From Malacoraja senta (Eukaryota), in contig CM075990.1 in the NCBI GenBank assembly GCA_038087875.1, positions 13,208,001 to 13,272,000 of the forward strand: 64,000 nucleotides of DNA. The letters are read 5' to 3'. Below, piece after piece: positions 14,035-26,959 of this stretch. Positions within the stretch are counted from its first letter, which is position 1. Every line of letters starts with the position of its first letter. The position numbers were made by a program, and so were the translations under genes. The notes under the pieces are model-generated. The model made no database searches, was not told where the DNA came from, and saw nothing but the letters and a program-made list of their open reading frames with translations.

Positions 14035-15005
14035 CCTGTGACTAGTGGTGTGCCTCGGGGTTCGGTGCTGGGCCCATTCCTATTTGCCATCTGATTTGGA
14101 TGAGGATGTACACGTTTAGCAAGTTTGCAGATGACACAAAAGTGGGTGATATTGTAGATTGTAAAGATGGTCGTCAAAAATTGCGACAGGATCTTGATTG
14201 GTTGGGCAGGTAGGCTGAGGAATAATTGATGGAATTTAATACAGAGAAATGTGAGGTGTTGCATTTTGGGAAGACTAACGTGACCTACAAGGTGAATGGT
14301 GGAGCTCTGGGAATTGTTGTGGAGCAGAGGGATTCAGGAGTGCAGGTACATAGTTTGTTGAACGTGGCATTACAGGTAGATGGGGTGGTCATAAAGGCTC
14401 TTGGCACATTGACCTTAATCAGTTAGGGAGTCAGAGTATAGTTGGGAGGTCATGTTGCAGTTATATAAGACGTTGATGGGACCGTATTTGGAGTATTGTG
14501 TTCAGTTCTGGGCACCATGTTATAGGATGGATGTTGTCAAGCTGGAAAGGGTGCAGATAAAATTTATGAGGGTGTTGCCAGGACTCGAGGGCCTGAGCTG
14601 TGAGGCGAGGTTGAGCAGACTCGGATTCTATTCCTTGAAGCACAGGTGGATGAGGGGTGATGTTACAGACGTGTACAAAATCGGAATAGATCAGGTAGAT
14701 GCACAGTATCTCGCCAGAGTAGGGGAATCGAGAACCAGAGGACATGGGTTTAAGGTGAAGTGGGTGGGGAGGGGGGTGAGGGGTGGGGAATTTAATAGGA
14801 ACCTGAAGGGGTAACTTTTTCACACAAAGGGTGGTGGGTGCATGGATCAAGCTGCTGAAGGAGGTAGTTGAGGCAGGTACATGGATAATACAGGCTGGGA
14901 GAGATATGGGCCAAACGCAGGCAGGTGGGACATTTGTAGATAGGACATGTGGGTTGGTATGGGCAAGTTGGGCCGAAGGGTCTGTTTCCATGCGTATGAC
15001 TATGA
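14035..15005 (+). mobile_element. Degraded CR1 (HER1-like) 3' portion with RT remnants
   Basis: Remnants VTSGVP, FADD, FNTEKCEVLHFG, LEYCVQFW; tail GGCCGAAGGGTCTGTTTCC shared with the SINE. Confidence 0.85.
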
Positions 15006-15433
15006 CACTACTTGCTATACCATTGTTTGCTTGTGATTGAAGTTCTGCAATTCTGAAAATCCCTCCCTCAATCTCTAAACACTTCTTAAGATTTACTAAG
15101 GTCAACCAGTTAGGCCAGTCTTTTGGCCATTGATGTTTCGTGGCTGGGTGGCCATTTTTTTTTGGTACATTAAAAACTGTACATGAATACAATGTTTCTT
15201 GCTGTTGAACTTCTCTCCGAGCCTTTTTGTTTGCCCTTTGGTACCTAACAGACAGTCCAGTGAGCAGTTCCAGTGTCACCTCCTTGTAGATCAAGCCGTC
15301 AACTAAAATCAAACATCCTTTAAATATCATTGAAAATGTACTTAAACGTGCTTGGAAGTTGTCTCTTGGCCAAATCTACACACTCAGTCCAAACACCAGA
15401 AGTAGATTTATTTGTTTCTTCTGGTAACCGTTT

Positions 15434-15779
15434 AGCCCCTGTCCCACTGTACGAGGTAATTCAAGAGTTATCCCGAGGTTTCCCCTGATTCGAACTCGAG
15501 AATGTCCGTAGCGGGTCCGTAGGAGTTCGTGGATGTCTCGTAGCGGCTCGTACGAGTAAAAAGCAACAATTTTTTTCATCACGGGTATTTTTTTACTCGT
15601 GGACATTTTTTTGCAGGGATGAAAAATCGTCGCGAGTTTACCAGATTTCCCCAGTACCTACCGTTAGCATTACGAGCCGCTACGAGACATCCACGAACTC
15701 CTAAGGACCCGCTACGGACATTCTTCGAGTTTAAATCGGGGAAAACTCGGGAGAACTCTTGAATTACCTCGTACAGTGG
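15434..15779. mobile_element. MITE subfamily B, ~110-bp inverted arms
   Basis: 15444-15552 is roughly the reverse complement of 15671-15779; same TIR core; right tip degraded. Confidence 0.8.
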
Positions 15780-15983
15780 TTCGGGGACTTTTGTTGCAGT
15801 TTTGTTTACTATGTTCAAAATATCTGCCCCTTTGCCTGCCTAACATCTGTTACTCAAATTTAAAAACTGTTTGAAATATTGCATTCGGGCTGCCTCCTGC
15901 ACACATACAGAGCTTGTTGATTTCATTAACTTTACCACTAACTTCCACTCTGCCCACACATTCATTTAGACTTTCTCTGACTC

Positions 15984-16291
15984 GTGGGAGAGTCTGGGAC
16001 CAGAGTTCATAGCCTCAGAATTAAAGGACGTTCCTTTAGGAAGATTAGATGGAATTTATTTAGTCAGAGGGTGATGAATCTGTGGAATTCATTGCTGCAG
16101 AAGGCTGTGGAGGCCAAGTCAATGGATATTTTTAAGGCAGAGATAGATAGCTTCTTGACTAGCACGGGTGTCAGGAGTTATGGGGAGAAGGCAGGAGAAT
16201 GGGGTTATGAGGGAGAGATAGATCAGCCATGGGTGAATGGTGGAGTAGACGTGATGGGCCAAATGGCCTAATTCTGCTCCTATCACTTATG
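15984..16291 (+). mobile_element. CR1 3' fragment (GCCTAATTCTGCTCCTATCAC subfamily; also 2186-2322, 20330-20482, 25221-25505, and 45488-45626 on minus)
   Basis: Translates to the CR1 ORF2 C-terminus (FSQRVMNLWNSL) with the shared 3' UTR. Confidence 0.8.
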
Positions 16292-17421
16292 AGACCTCTT
16301 TCCGGTTATTTGATCTCTCTGTCTCCATCACATGTGTATCCCTGCACTGTTGCATTCTGACAATCAAGTTGTTTTATAGGTGTTTTTCTGGAGTAGACAT
16401 TAATGTTTGATTGAATTCATATGTGTACTAGCAATTATAAAATAGTCTACGGCTTGTACCCACACTGTTGGAGATCTGGTATTGTCTTTAATTAGTCCTC
16501 TGATTTTCAATTGCAAAGTGTGGAACTAAAGAAAAACAATCTCCCATTGTGACATGTTTTGAGACGTTCCTTTAAAGATGAAAGTAAAATATTGCAGATG
16601 CTGAAAATCTGAGATTACTGGAACCCTTTGGCAAACGAGGATGTGTCCTTTTATTGGAACGTTCACGGATGCGTCGCGGAGCTGAACACTGAAGGGCCCA
16701 GGAGGCCACCGCGAAGAAGGACCCGGTGGGCCTTGTCCACAAGGGGGGGGGGGGGAAACTCGGAGACACCGAGCTCGGCCCCGAATACCGGAGAGCCCAG
16801 GAGGAGGGACCCGCTGGCGTCGATAGATGCGAGGAGTGGGCCAGTGAGAGGGACTGGGGAATTGCCTCCGGCACCTTCAAGGTGGGCTGCAGGAGGCACC
16901 CCCGGGACATGTAGGTGGTTAGACGAGGAGAGGGACGTCTATTCACGGGCCGAGTTGTTTGAGGGCGATGGAGGAGGCCCTGCAACGGCCTGAAGGATTT
17001 GGGAGCAGCTCCAGTACTTCAAGCACGTGGACCGGACTTTGGACTTTTGTAAATGCCGCAAAATATGGCCACTCGTGCATGTGTGAGCTGTACAATAAGA
17101 ATTTAACTGTGCAGTGCATAAAAGGACCGTTGTTCATTGTTATTGCTTTCTCTGTGTCTCAGAAAACCTACTCTGGGTTTAATTAAAAAAAAAAAAAAAT
17201 CATTTCTAATAAGCAGAAAGTGATGGAAAAGCCCAACAGGTCAGACAGCCTCAATGAAAGAGAAATAAAGTTATTCTTTCAAATTGTTAGAAACCTGAAG
17301 AGATGTGCATCTCGAAACCTATCTTTTATTTGAGCCACACACTACAAAGAACAGGCTGTTCGGCCCAGCTCATCCATGCTGACCAGCTTGCCCAACTGCT
17401 AATCTGTTCCGATGACAATCT

Positions 17422-17924
17422 TTTAGTTTGGAGATACAGGGGTGGAAACAAGCCCTTCAGCCCACCTTCAGTCCGTGCCGACCAGTGATCACCCAGCGCA
17501 CAAGAACTGTCCTACACACTAGGGACAATTTACGATTTACAGAAGCCAATTAACCTAGATACCTGTGCGTCGTTGGAGTGTGGAGAGGAAACCTGAGCAC
17601 CCCGAGAAAACCCACGCGGTCACATGGTGAACGTACAAACTCCGTACAGATGGCACCCGTAGTCAGGATCGAACCCGGGTCTCTGGCACTGTAAAGAGCC
17701 TGTCCCACTTTCACGACCTAATTCACGACCTCTGCCGAGTTTGCCCTTGACTCGTACTCGCAGCATGGTCGTAGCAGGCCATGATGCTAGTCGTAGGTAC
17801 TTGTGGCATCGAGTAGGTCGGGGCGTTTTTCTAGCATGATGAAAAATGTCCACGAGTAAAAAAGGTTGTGAAAGTGGGACAGGCCCTTGAGGCAGTGACT
17901 CTACTTCTGCCCCACCGTGCTGCC
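17422..17924 (-). mobile_element. HE1-type V-SINE interrupted by a MITE
   Basis: Reverse complement of the SINE consensus; split at GGCACTG-TAA...TGA-GGCAG. Confidence 0.85.
17695..17887. mobile_element. MITE subfamily C inside a SINE
   Basis: AGAGCCTGTCCCACTTTCAC...GTGAAAGTGGGACAGGCCCT; flanks TAA / TGA. Confidence 0.85.
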
Positions 17925-18536
17925 TTAGGCTTTTGCATTCCTTTTTTTATGCTTAGTCTCTCATGTCACAGACCTTTTTCGTTGTCCTCTCCCCCCCCCC
18001 ACCCTTCCATGACGTTAAAGCTTTTTTATATTATCGTCAACTGTTTTCAGTTCTTCTGAAAAGTCATTGACCTGCAGGGTTTCTCATGTTTCTATCTTAG
18101 TGGATGTTGCGTGACACCACTGATGACTAGCTCCAGCTTTTTATTGTTCCGTAATGGATCTCCTCCAGAAGCTTTGCAACCTTGCATTGGGAGAGATTCC
18201 TGGCTGTTTGCCTCGTTCAGCTGTGGACGTCTGCAAAATCCCGCAGAAATAGAAGCCATGCTCTCGAGGTGATACTGCAGAGGGATACTTCATTCAAATT
18301 GTGCTCTGTTCCTGGTTGAATGCTCGCATCGATTGAAAGGGGATCCCACTGCCATTTGAGCTCTGAGCATGAACCTGTGTGGAGAAACTGACTGGAAAAT
18401 GTGAAATAACAGCAGCCTGCTGTATGTTTTCTAACATTTGCTCCCAGTCATCCAAGGAATCGTATCGATCCGGGCAAGGAATCGCCAGTTGCACAGCATC
18501 TATTTCTTTAGGTCGTGTTTAAGATTTTGACAGTTC

Positions 18537-18736
18537 NNNNNNNNNNNNNNNNNNNNNNNNNNNNNNNNNNNNNNNNNNNNNNNNNNNNNNNNNNNNNNNN
18601 NNNNNNNNNNNNNNNNNNNNNNNNNNNNNNNNNNNNNNNNNNNNNNNNNNNNNNNNNNNNNNNNNNNNNNNNNNNNNNNNNNNNNNNNNNNNNNNNNNNN
18701 NNNNNNNNNNNNNNNNNNNNNNNNNNNNNNNNNNNN
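18537..18736. other. Assembly gap (200 N)
   Basis: N run. Confidence 1.
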
Positions 18737-19600
18737 ACCGAGTCCGCACTGACCAGTGATCCCTGCACACCAACACTATCCTACACACACCAACACTATC
18801 CTACACTTATACCAAGTCATTTAACCTACAAACCTGTACATCTTTGGAGTTTCAAAGGTCTTTTAATGTCACATGTACCAATTAAGGTACAGTGATATGC
18901 GAATGACCATACAGCCATACGGAAAAAAAGCAACAAGACACACAACTACATAAAAGTTAACATAAACATCCATCACAGTGGATTCCCGATATTCCTCACT
19001 GTGATGGAAGGCAGGAAAGTCCAAACTTCTTCCTCTTTATTCTCCTGCTGTCGGGGCAGTCGTACCATACATCAGGGCAATCGAAGCTCCCGCAGCTGGC
19101 AGTCGAAGCCCCCGCGTCGGGGCGGTCGAAACTCCCGTGGCTTGGAATTCCCAAAGTTGCTGACCAGAGACCGCGGGCTCCGTGATGTTAACGTGCGCAA
19201 GCATCCACGGTTGGAGCTCCGAGGTCGACCCCAGGCAAAGCGATCGCGTGCTCCGTGATGGTAAGTCCGCAGGCGACCGCGGTGAAGCTCTCAAAACCAG
19301 TCACCAACAAAGGCCGCCAACTCCTCGATGTTAGGCCGCAGTGCGGACGGAGATACGATACGGAGAAAAATTAAAACAAAAGAGGGAAAGGACAGACAGA
19401 CTGCTGGCGAGGCAGCCATTGCTGGCACCACCTGGTGGTAGTGTGGGAGGAAACCGAATATCTCGGAGAAAACCCACATGGTCATGGAGATAATGTACAA
19501 ACACTGTACAGACAGCACCCGTAGTCGGGATCAAACCTGGATCTCTGGCGCTGTAAGCGCTGTAAGGCAGCAGCTCTACAGCTGCGCCACCGTGCCGCCC
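18737..19600 (-). mobile_element. HE1-type V-SINE interrupted by the 18851-19439 insertion; 3' end lost in gap
   Basis: TCTTTGGAGT | GTGGGAGGAAACCG rejoin to the consensus. Confidence 0.85.
18851..19439 (-). mobile_element. Non-coding element with Rex-type 3' end inserted in a SINE
   Basis: Head GGTGGTGCCAGCAATGGCTGCCTCGCCAGCAGTCTGTC (also at ~2950-2996); tail GGTACATGTGACATTAAAAG. Confidence 0.6.
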
Positions 19601-21468
19601 ACAGGCAAATGGCTTATTTTTATGCTTGTTTAAATGTTAATTTTAAATTCTAGATTTTTGTTCACAAAAAAAAAAAGCACGATGCGAAGGAAAAGTAGGT
19701 TTGTGGAGTTGGGTCATATTAGTTGTGATCTCTCAAACAGAGGAACTAAAACCCTTCCGATCAATGTGTGAAGGTTGTTTACAAGAATGAGCCATGATAT
19801 TAATGATTGCATTGCTGCTTAGTTATAGCCTCATAGCCCCCATGCAAAATGGGAAAGGGAACTCCATTCAGTAGTGAATTTTTACCCGGACTGTGTACTC
19901 ACTGTTAACTGACCCCAAATACGTCTGTTGTCAATGGACTGTCATCCAAGTCTTTAGGCTCCCAGTTGCTCTAATCCTGTTAAATAAAACAGATCATGGA
20001 GCAAATTACATGACGAAAGCATTCCTTTCAGTTTTCAATTCCCCTAGTTTGTTCATGTAATCCAACTTTAAACCTTTTAGATGCCTTTTAGAACAGTTTA
20101 GATAGGCTCAGTCAACGTGCTTTAGTTGATGCTGCTGCTTACTGAAGACAAAGAGCTGAGTTGAAGCCTAGCTAGACACAAAATGCTGGAGTAACTCAGC
20201 GGGTGAGGCAGCATCTCTGGAGAGAAGGAATGGGCGACGTTTCGGGTCGAGACTCTTTTTCATGAGTTGAAGCCCAGTTACATGAAGGAAAATAATGGGG
20301 TACTGGACTCCAGTACTGATCAGTACGGTTTGATTAGTGATGGTGTTGGGGGATATGGGGAGAAGGCAGAAGAATGGGGTTAAGAGGGATAGATAGATCA
20401 GCCATAATTGAATGGCGGAGTAGACTTGATGGGCCAAATGGGCTAATTCTGCTCCTATCACTTCTGAACGTATGAACTTATGATCACTGCAGGAAGTTCA
20501 GGGACGTTTAACAGAGATTATTAAATCAAGGCAAGGGTTGGGGCTTGAAACCTAGAAAAGACTTTTAATTAAAAGCATTATTTTACCTGTTGGTTGGGTG
20601 AGGGTGCAAGCACCTGCATCAAGAATCCACGAGTTGTGAACCCAGGCTCTGTAGCTCAGATATACTGCATCGATGTATTATGGAATGAAAAAAAAATCGA
20701 CATCATTCTGGCTGGGAAAGGTTGTTACTTTAACATTTGACGATCCAAATGATTGTTGGAACCCATAAACCATCTTTCAGTGCAGGAAGGAACTGCAGGT
20801 GCTGGTTTAAACCGAAGATAGACACAAAAAGCTGGAGTACCTCAGCAGTTCAGACAGCATCTCTGGAGAAAAGGAATAGGCGACGTTTCTGGTCGAGACC
20901 CTTCTTCAATTATCTTTCGGTTTTTAGTTCAAACTCCAGTATTATCTTTAAAATTAGAGCCTTTGCTTCAAGGCTGGAAGGAACAACCAAGATTATTGCT
21001 GCATTATGTTCTTGATGGATTCCACAGCTAAATGTGATTATTGAGTTACTTTAAGATAAAATAGATAAATAGAGATGATGGGGTGGATGTGATGGGATTT
21101 TGATAGCCAGGAGGGAGAGCTGTTGTGATTTATTGAGATGAATGCGCCAACTTGGAAGAGAGAGAGATGCAAGTAGTTTCAGCAGCATCTCAAACTCGGG
21201 CCATCCAGAGCAGCCAATGCAGTATGTTTCAGTGCTACATTTTTAAGATTTAAACTGATTTATGATCAAAATAAAAAATGTTTTTAGCCTGGTACATTGC
21301 CCATTTTAATCCTTTAAGAATGCTGACAAATAAACATGGTAGCGTGGTGACCATAATTATTCATCGGATGTGGTAGCACTGACAAGGCCAGTATTTATTG
21401 CCCATCCATATTCACCTTCAAGATTATCTATCTCTAAAGTATTATGGTAGAATAGGCTGCTATTTTGA

Positions 21469-21673
21469 AGATGGCCACAAAATGCTGAAGTAACTCAGCA
21501 GGACAGGCAGCATCTCTGGAGATAAGAAATTGGTAACATTTTGGGTCGAGACCCCTCTTCAGACTCAACTCGAAACTTCACTCATTCCTTTAAAGACTCC
21601 CTGCCTGTCCTGCTGAGTTACTCTAGCATTTTGTGTCTATCTTCAGTGTAAGCTGCAGTTCCTTTCTGCACGT
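21469..21673. mobile_element. Penelope pLTR palindromic fragment
   Basis: 13-bp TSD GCTGCTATTTTGA. Confidence 0.8.
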
Positions 21674-23045
21674 GCTGCTATTTTGACTCTGCAGCGATAA
21701 GTAATGGTAGTTCATTTCCAAGTTGGGCTGGTGTGCGTGCTTCGAACTTGTATGTCTGCTGTTTCCCTTTCTCAGTCGTTGAGCTTGGTCGCTTGAGAGA
21801 TGATGTTAAAGAAACCTTGGTGGATAACTGGAGTGCATTTTGTAGATCATATTCCTGCAGCCAAGTGCACAATGGTGGAGAGGCTGCTTTGTCCTGGAAG
21901 AAGTTGTGCTAACTAAAGTTGTAAGAGTTCTACTCTCCCACCAGCATAGGAGTATATCGTCGTGCCTCTGGCATGTATCTTGTGAATGCAGGGAAGGCTT
22001 TCAGGTGTCAGAAGGTGAGTTTGTTTACTACAGGATACACTGCCTCAGATCTTTATTTGCTGCCACAATATTGATCTGGTCAGCTGTGAAGCCAGGATAT
22101 CGATGGTTGGGCATTCAGGTAACGTTATTCAATATCAAGGGGAAGTGCATCAGCTCAATTATCCAAGTTGGTCTTTATGTCCCATTCATGCTACCTGCCA
22201 TTTAACAGCCAATGTCTGAATGGTATCCAGATTTGTTGCATGTGGCAGCCAATATTGCACATTGGCAGCGGGGGCCTTGGTTGATTGTCTCAGCTGATGC
22301 AACCCCATTAGTGACCTCAATTATATTCAGAAAAACTAATTTGCTTTGTAACAAAGCACAAGTCGTGCACCAGAATTGCTATGATCCTGCAGTCCTCAGA
22401 AAATGATCCCCAAAGGCTGAGCATAAACTAGAGGATTTTAGAACTTAAATAGTATTATGTGGGTGGACAATCATTTGGCCCACTGTGCCTGGCATGAAAG
22501 GAAGCAAGTGCTTATCCTCTTCATCCCTTAAGCCTGACCTTCCACTTAATTTGTCTTTTAAATAAAATATGTTCTGCTTAATACTTGTGCGTTCCCTTTC
22601 ATTGGGTGTGTTTTTGTAACTTATCGGGGAGTTGGCTTGTTAACCAATGCTGCATTGTCAATGCAGGAGGCTATAGATTTAAGAGGTGCCTTGCAGTGCA
22701 TGATTGTAATGTTAACTCAAGTGATTGTCAGAGGAGCAAGCAGATCCAAGGTGAGCGATTGCATTTAAAAATGATTTAGTAATGTGTGTTCAAGTTCAAA
22801 GCTGCATGAAGCAATTGACTGGGAGTATAGGAGAATATTCCTCGGTGGCAAATACAATTTAATTTTAAGTGCAGCAATATTTTCACACAAGCAACCATAA
22901 GGTTCAATCAGGAAGGTAGCTTTTATATATTTTTAAAATTCTAACAGGTAAAGCTGTTCTTAGAATTTCAAGCCTTATCCTTGTTTCAAGCCCCAACCCC
23001 ATCATGTGGCCTTGTCTTGCTAATCTCTGTTAAATGTCTCTGGTC

Positions 23046-23380
23046 TTGTTCCCGATGTTGGGGAAGTCCAGGACAAGGGGTCACAGCTTAAGGATAAGGG
23101 GGAAATCCTTTAAGACCGAGATGAGGAAAAACTTTTTCACACAGAGAGTGGTGAATCTCTGGAACTCTCTGCCACAGAGGGTAGTTGAGGCCAGTTCATT
23201 GGCTATATTTAAGAGGGAGTTAGATGTGGCCCTTGTGGCTAAAGGGATCAGGGGGTATGGAGAGAAGGCAGGTACGGGATACTGAGTTGGATGATCAGCC
23301 ATGATCATATTGAATGGCGGTGCAGGCTCGAAGGGCCGAATGGCCTACTCCTGCACCTATTTTCTATGTATCTATGTATC
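23046..23380 (+). mobile_element. CR1 3' fragment near-identical to 10881-11204
   Basis: LFPMLGKSRTRGHSLRIRGK...GTGY plus the same tail. Confidence 0.9.
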
Positions 23381-23424
23381 TTCCTGCAGTGATCAATGCT
23401 GGAGCCCACCACATAGAATCATAA

Positions 23425-23710
23425 AAACATAGAAAATAGGTGCAGGAGTAGGCCAATCGGCCCTTTGAGCCAGCACCGCCATTCAATATGATCTTGGCTG
23501 ATCATCCCAAATCAGTACCCCGTTCCTGCTTTTTCCCCATATCCCTTGATTCCTTTAGAGGTAAATCTAACTCTCTCTTAAACATCCAGTGAATTAGTCA
23601 CCACCACCTTCTGTGGCAGAGAATTCCACCGATTTACAACTCTCTGGGTTAAAAACGTTTTTCCTCATCTCAGTTCTAAATGGCCTACCCCTTATTCTTA
23701 AACCTTGACC
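23425..23710 (-). mobile_element. CR1 3' fragment, inverted relative to its neighbour
   Basis: AACATAGAAAATAGGTGCAGGAGTAGGCC... is the reverse complement of the CR1 tail. Confidence 0.85.
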
Positions 23711-24126
23711 CCCCCTCCCTCCCTCCACCCCTCTGTTCATGAGCTCTCATCATTAATTTGTAAGAAGGGATCAAGTGCAGTTTTTCTCGGCTTATTAATG
23801 ATAAGAGTGCTGGGAGGCAATGTGGATATTGAGAAAGATGTAGAAAGGCATCAGGGAGGATAGATGAATGGCTAAAGACATGGAATATAACTTAGAAAAA
23901 TATCTGGCCATCCACTGGTTGTAAAGCCAGGGTGGTGGGTGTATGGAACAAGTTGCCAGAGGAGATAGTTGAGGCTGGGACTTTCCCAACGTTTGAGAAA
24001 CAGTTAGACAGGTACATGGATAGGACAGGTTTGGGAGGGATATGGATCAAAAGCTGGCATGTGGGACTGGTGTAGCTGGGACATGTGGCTAAAAATACAT
24101 GACTAAAAATACAGAAGGGAAGTATA

Positions 24127-24367
24127 CTGCCCTAATTTGACAAAAGGAAGCAACTGACAATTTTGTCAAAATTGAGTTATTGCTTGTTTTAGGGTATTTG
24201 AGATTTGCTCTACACAATGTTGAACAAAATAAGTCTTCTCTGAGTAAAATTTGAAAATATTTATACCGGAGAAGTAAGAGATTCGATCACGGAGAGCTGA
24301 TAGAAAAACACGTTTTCCTCATTTACAAGAAAACTGACAGTTGCTTCCTTTTGTCAAAGTAGGGCAG
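24127..24367. mobile_element. 241-bp MITE with ~38-bp TIRs flanked by TATA
   Basis: CTGCCCTAATTTGACAAAAGGAAGCAACTG...CAGTTGCTTCCTTTTGTCAAAGTAGGGCAG. Confidence 0.8.
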
Positions 24368-24399
24368 TATATTTAAAATCACTATTTCACAACATGTTG

Positions 24400-26272
24400 C
24401 ATTCTGCTATGTTAATCAAGGGTAGGTCTTGCACAATGATTAGCAGAGCCCTCAAGAGTGTTGTGGGAACCTTGGGCGTATTGACGCCTGGTTCCCGACG
24501 TGGTGTCACAGGTGAATGGGTGGTAAAGATGCCGTTTGGCATGCTTGACTTCATTAGTCAAGGGTTTGACTGCAGGAGTTGAGATGTTATGTTGCAGCAG
24601 TGCGAGTTGTTGGTGGGACCACACTTGGAGTGCGCAGTGTTAGCTGCCCACCTATGTCAATTACTTTTAAGGGGCATGGAAAAGGTTCACATAGATATTG
24701 CCAGGACTGGAGAACTTCAGTTAAAGGAAGAGACTGGATGTGCTGGGGCTTTTTTTTCACTGGCGTTTGTTTAGTTTTTTAGAGATACAGCGCGGAAACA
24801 GGCCCTTCGGCCCACTGAGCCTGAGGCGACCAGATCCCCACATACTAACGCTATCCTGCACACACAATTCTACATTCATACCAAGCCAAATAGCCCACCA
24901 ACCTGTACATCTTTGGAGTGTGGGAGGAAACCGAAGATCTCAGAGAAAACTCACGCAGTCACTGGGAGACTCCGTACAGACAGCACCCGTAGTCGGGATC
25001 GAACCCGGGTCTCTGTCACTGTAAGGCAGCATCTCTACCGCTGCGCCACCGTGCCGCATTGCCACAGGTGCATGGAAGGGGGCTGGAGTGATGAAGACCA
25101 GATTTGGGCAGGTGGGGCTACCTCGAGTGGACATCATGATCTGCATGGAGAGTTGGGTTGTAGGACTTTAAAGGCTAAACCTTTATCCCTTGGACCACAG
25201 GAGGACGAGGAGTGACCAGAGGTCATAGCCACAGAATTAAAGGGTGCTCTTTTAGAAAGGAGGTGAGGAGGCAACTTCTTTAGTCAGCGGGTAGCTAATC
25301 TGTGGAACTCATTGCCACAGACGGCTGTGGAGGCCAAGTCAGTGGATATTTTTAAGGCAGTGATAGACAAATTCTTGATTAGAACGGGTGTCAAGGGTTA
25401 TGGGGAGAAGGTAGGAAAATGGGATTAAGAGGCAGAGATCGGCCTGATTGAGTAGCATAGAAATTCGATGGGCCGAATGGCCTAATTCTACTCCTGCACC
25501 TTGTGAAGATCACGAGGGGAGTAGATAGGGTACATACAATCTTTTACCCAGATTAGGGGAATCAAAAACTACAGAACATGGGTTCAAGGTGGGAGGGGAA
25601 AGATTTAATCGCTACCGTTGGGCTAACTTTCTCACACAGAGGGTGGTTGGGCACATGGAATAAGCTGCCGGCGGAGGTAGTTGAGACAGTAACTATAATA
25701 ACATTTAAAAGAGCTTTGGACAGGTCGACACAAAATGCTGGAGTAACTCTGCGGGACAGGCAGCATCTCTGGGGAGAAGGAAGGGGTGAAGTTTCAAGTT
25801 GAGACCCTTCAGACTGAAAGATGGGAGAGAGAGACTAGAGATATGGAAGGGTAAGGTGTGAAATCGACAGATCAAAGCAGATGATGCTCAAGGAAAACAC
25901 GTGGCTGTGGTAGCGAGTCTGGGTTAAAATGTGATTGTAGAGCAGGAGGAATCGCAGAGGGGCAACTGTGAGAGAGGGTATTGCAGAACTCATGTCGGAG
26001 AGAGGAGGGGGAACTTCTTCATAGTAGCCATACCGTGAGGAGATTTTGCAGTGGAGCCGAAGAAATATGTAGGAAGGAACTGCAGATGCTGGTTTACACC
26101 AAAGATAGACTCAAAATGCTGGAGTAACTCAGCGGGACAGGCAGCATCTTTGGTACGTGGATCGGAAAGGTTTAGAAGGATACGGGTTAAATGTGGGCGG
26201 GTGAAAATGTGGCATCTTGGTCAACATGGCCAAGTTGGGGTGAATGGCCAGTTTCCGTGACTCTCTCTATGA
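24400..26272 (+). mobile_element. Degraded CR1 (HER1-like) carrying nested SINE, CR1 and Penelope insertions
   Basis: Colinear CR1 pieces at ~24400-24765, 25170-25220, 25506-25725 and 26153-26272, separated by younger repeats. Confidence 0.6.
24766..25057 (-). mobile_element. HE1-type V-SINE
   Basis: Near-full-length consensus match. Confidence 0.85.
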
Positions 26273-26959
26273 CGTCTTTTGGACAACGTGGAGGGACCAA
26301 ACAACAAGTTGCTGATCCCCCCCCCCCCCCCCCCCACTTTTATAAGGCCAATCAATTTGAAGACTGTCTCAATCAATAATGAGAAAACCCGCAGATGCAA
26401 ATAGCAGAATGTGAACAGAAAAATGGTCTGCTCTCGTTCATGAACCCGATTTTGGTGGGTGCATTGCAGCAAGGTGTAGATGTGATATATGTGCAAAGTT
26501 TGCATCGTCAGCTGTACAGATGAGGTCTTCAAAAAAGGATTATCAGAAAATCAATAGTTCCACGACACTGTATTAATGGATGAGATGTTCACACAATAGA
26601 AATGTCTGTTCCAGGGAACTCGTTTAAAAACTCTAAAAAAAAATTAACAATCCTCAATGTTCTTTTGGTGCAGTAATCAAGTTGGGGTGGCATGTAGGAT
26701 TGAGTTTCTGGTTCTCAAGTTCCTGAGCTCACAAAGGTTATTTTTTGGAGTGGGCTCGTGGGGAGGAAGAAGTATAATAGAAACTTATTTGTTGAAACTC
26801 TTTGCAGCCCAGATTTAGTTTTGCTTATTTTATTTTAGGGGGGTTTCTCTTTCTCTGTTTTCTCTTTTTTTTCTCTTCTTTTTTTCTTTTGTTTTTATAT
26901 ATACAAGTTCTCTTTTAAACATTTTACTATATGTACCTAGAGACCAGGAGGTCTATACT

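Noticed and set aside
14461..15330. 289-aa minus-strand ORF
   Set aside because: Mostly antisense to a degraded CR1; no recognisable domain.
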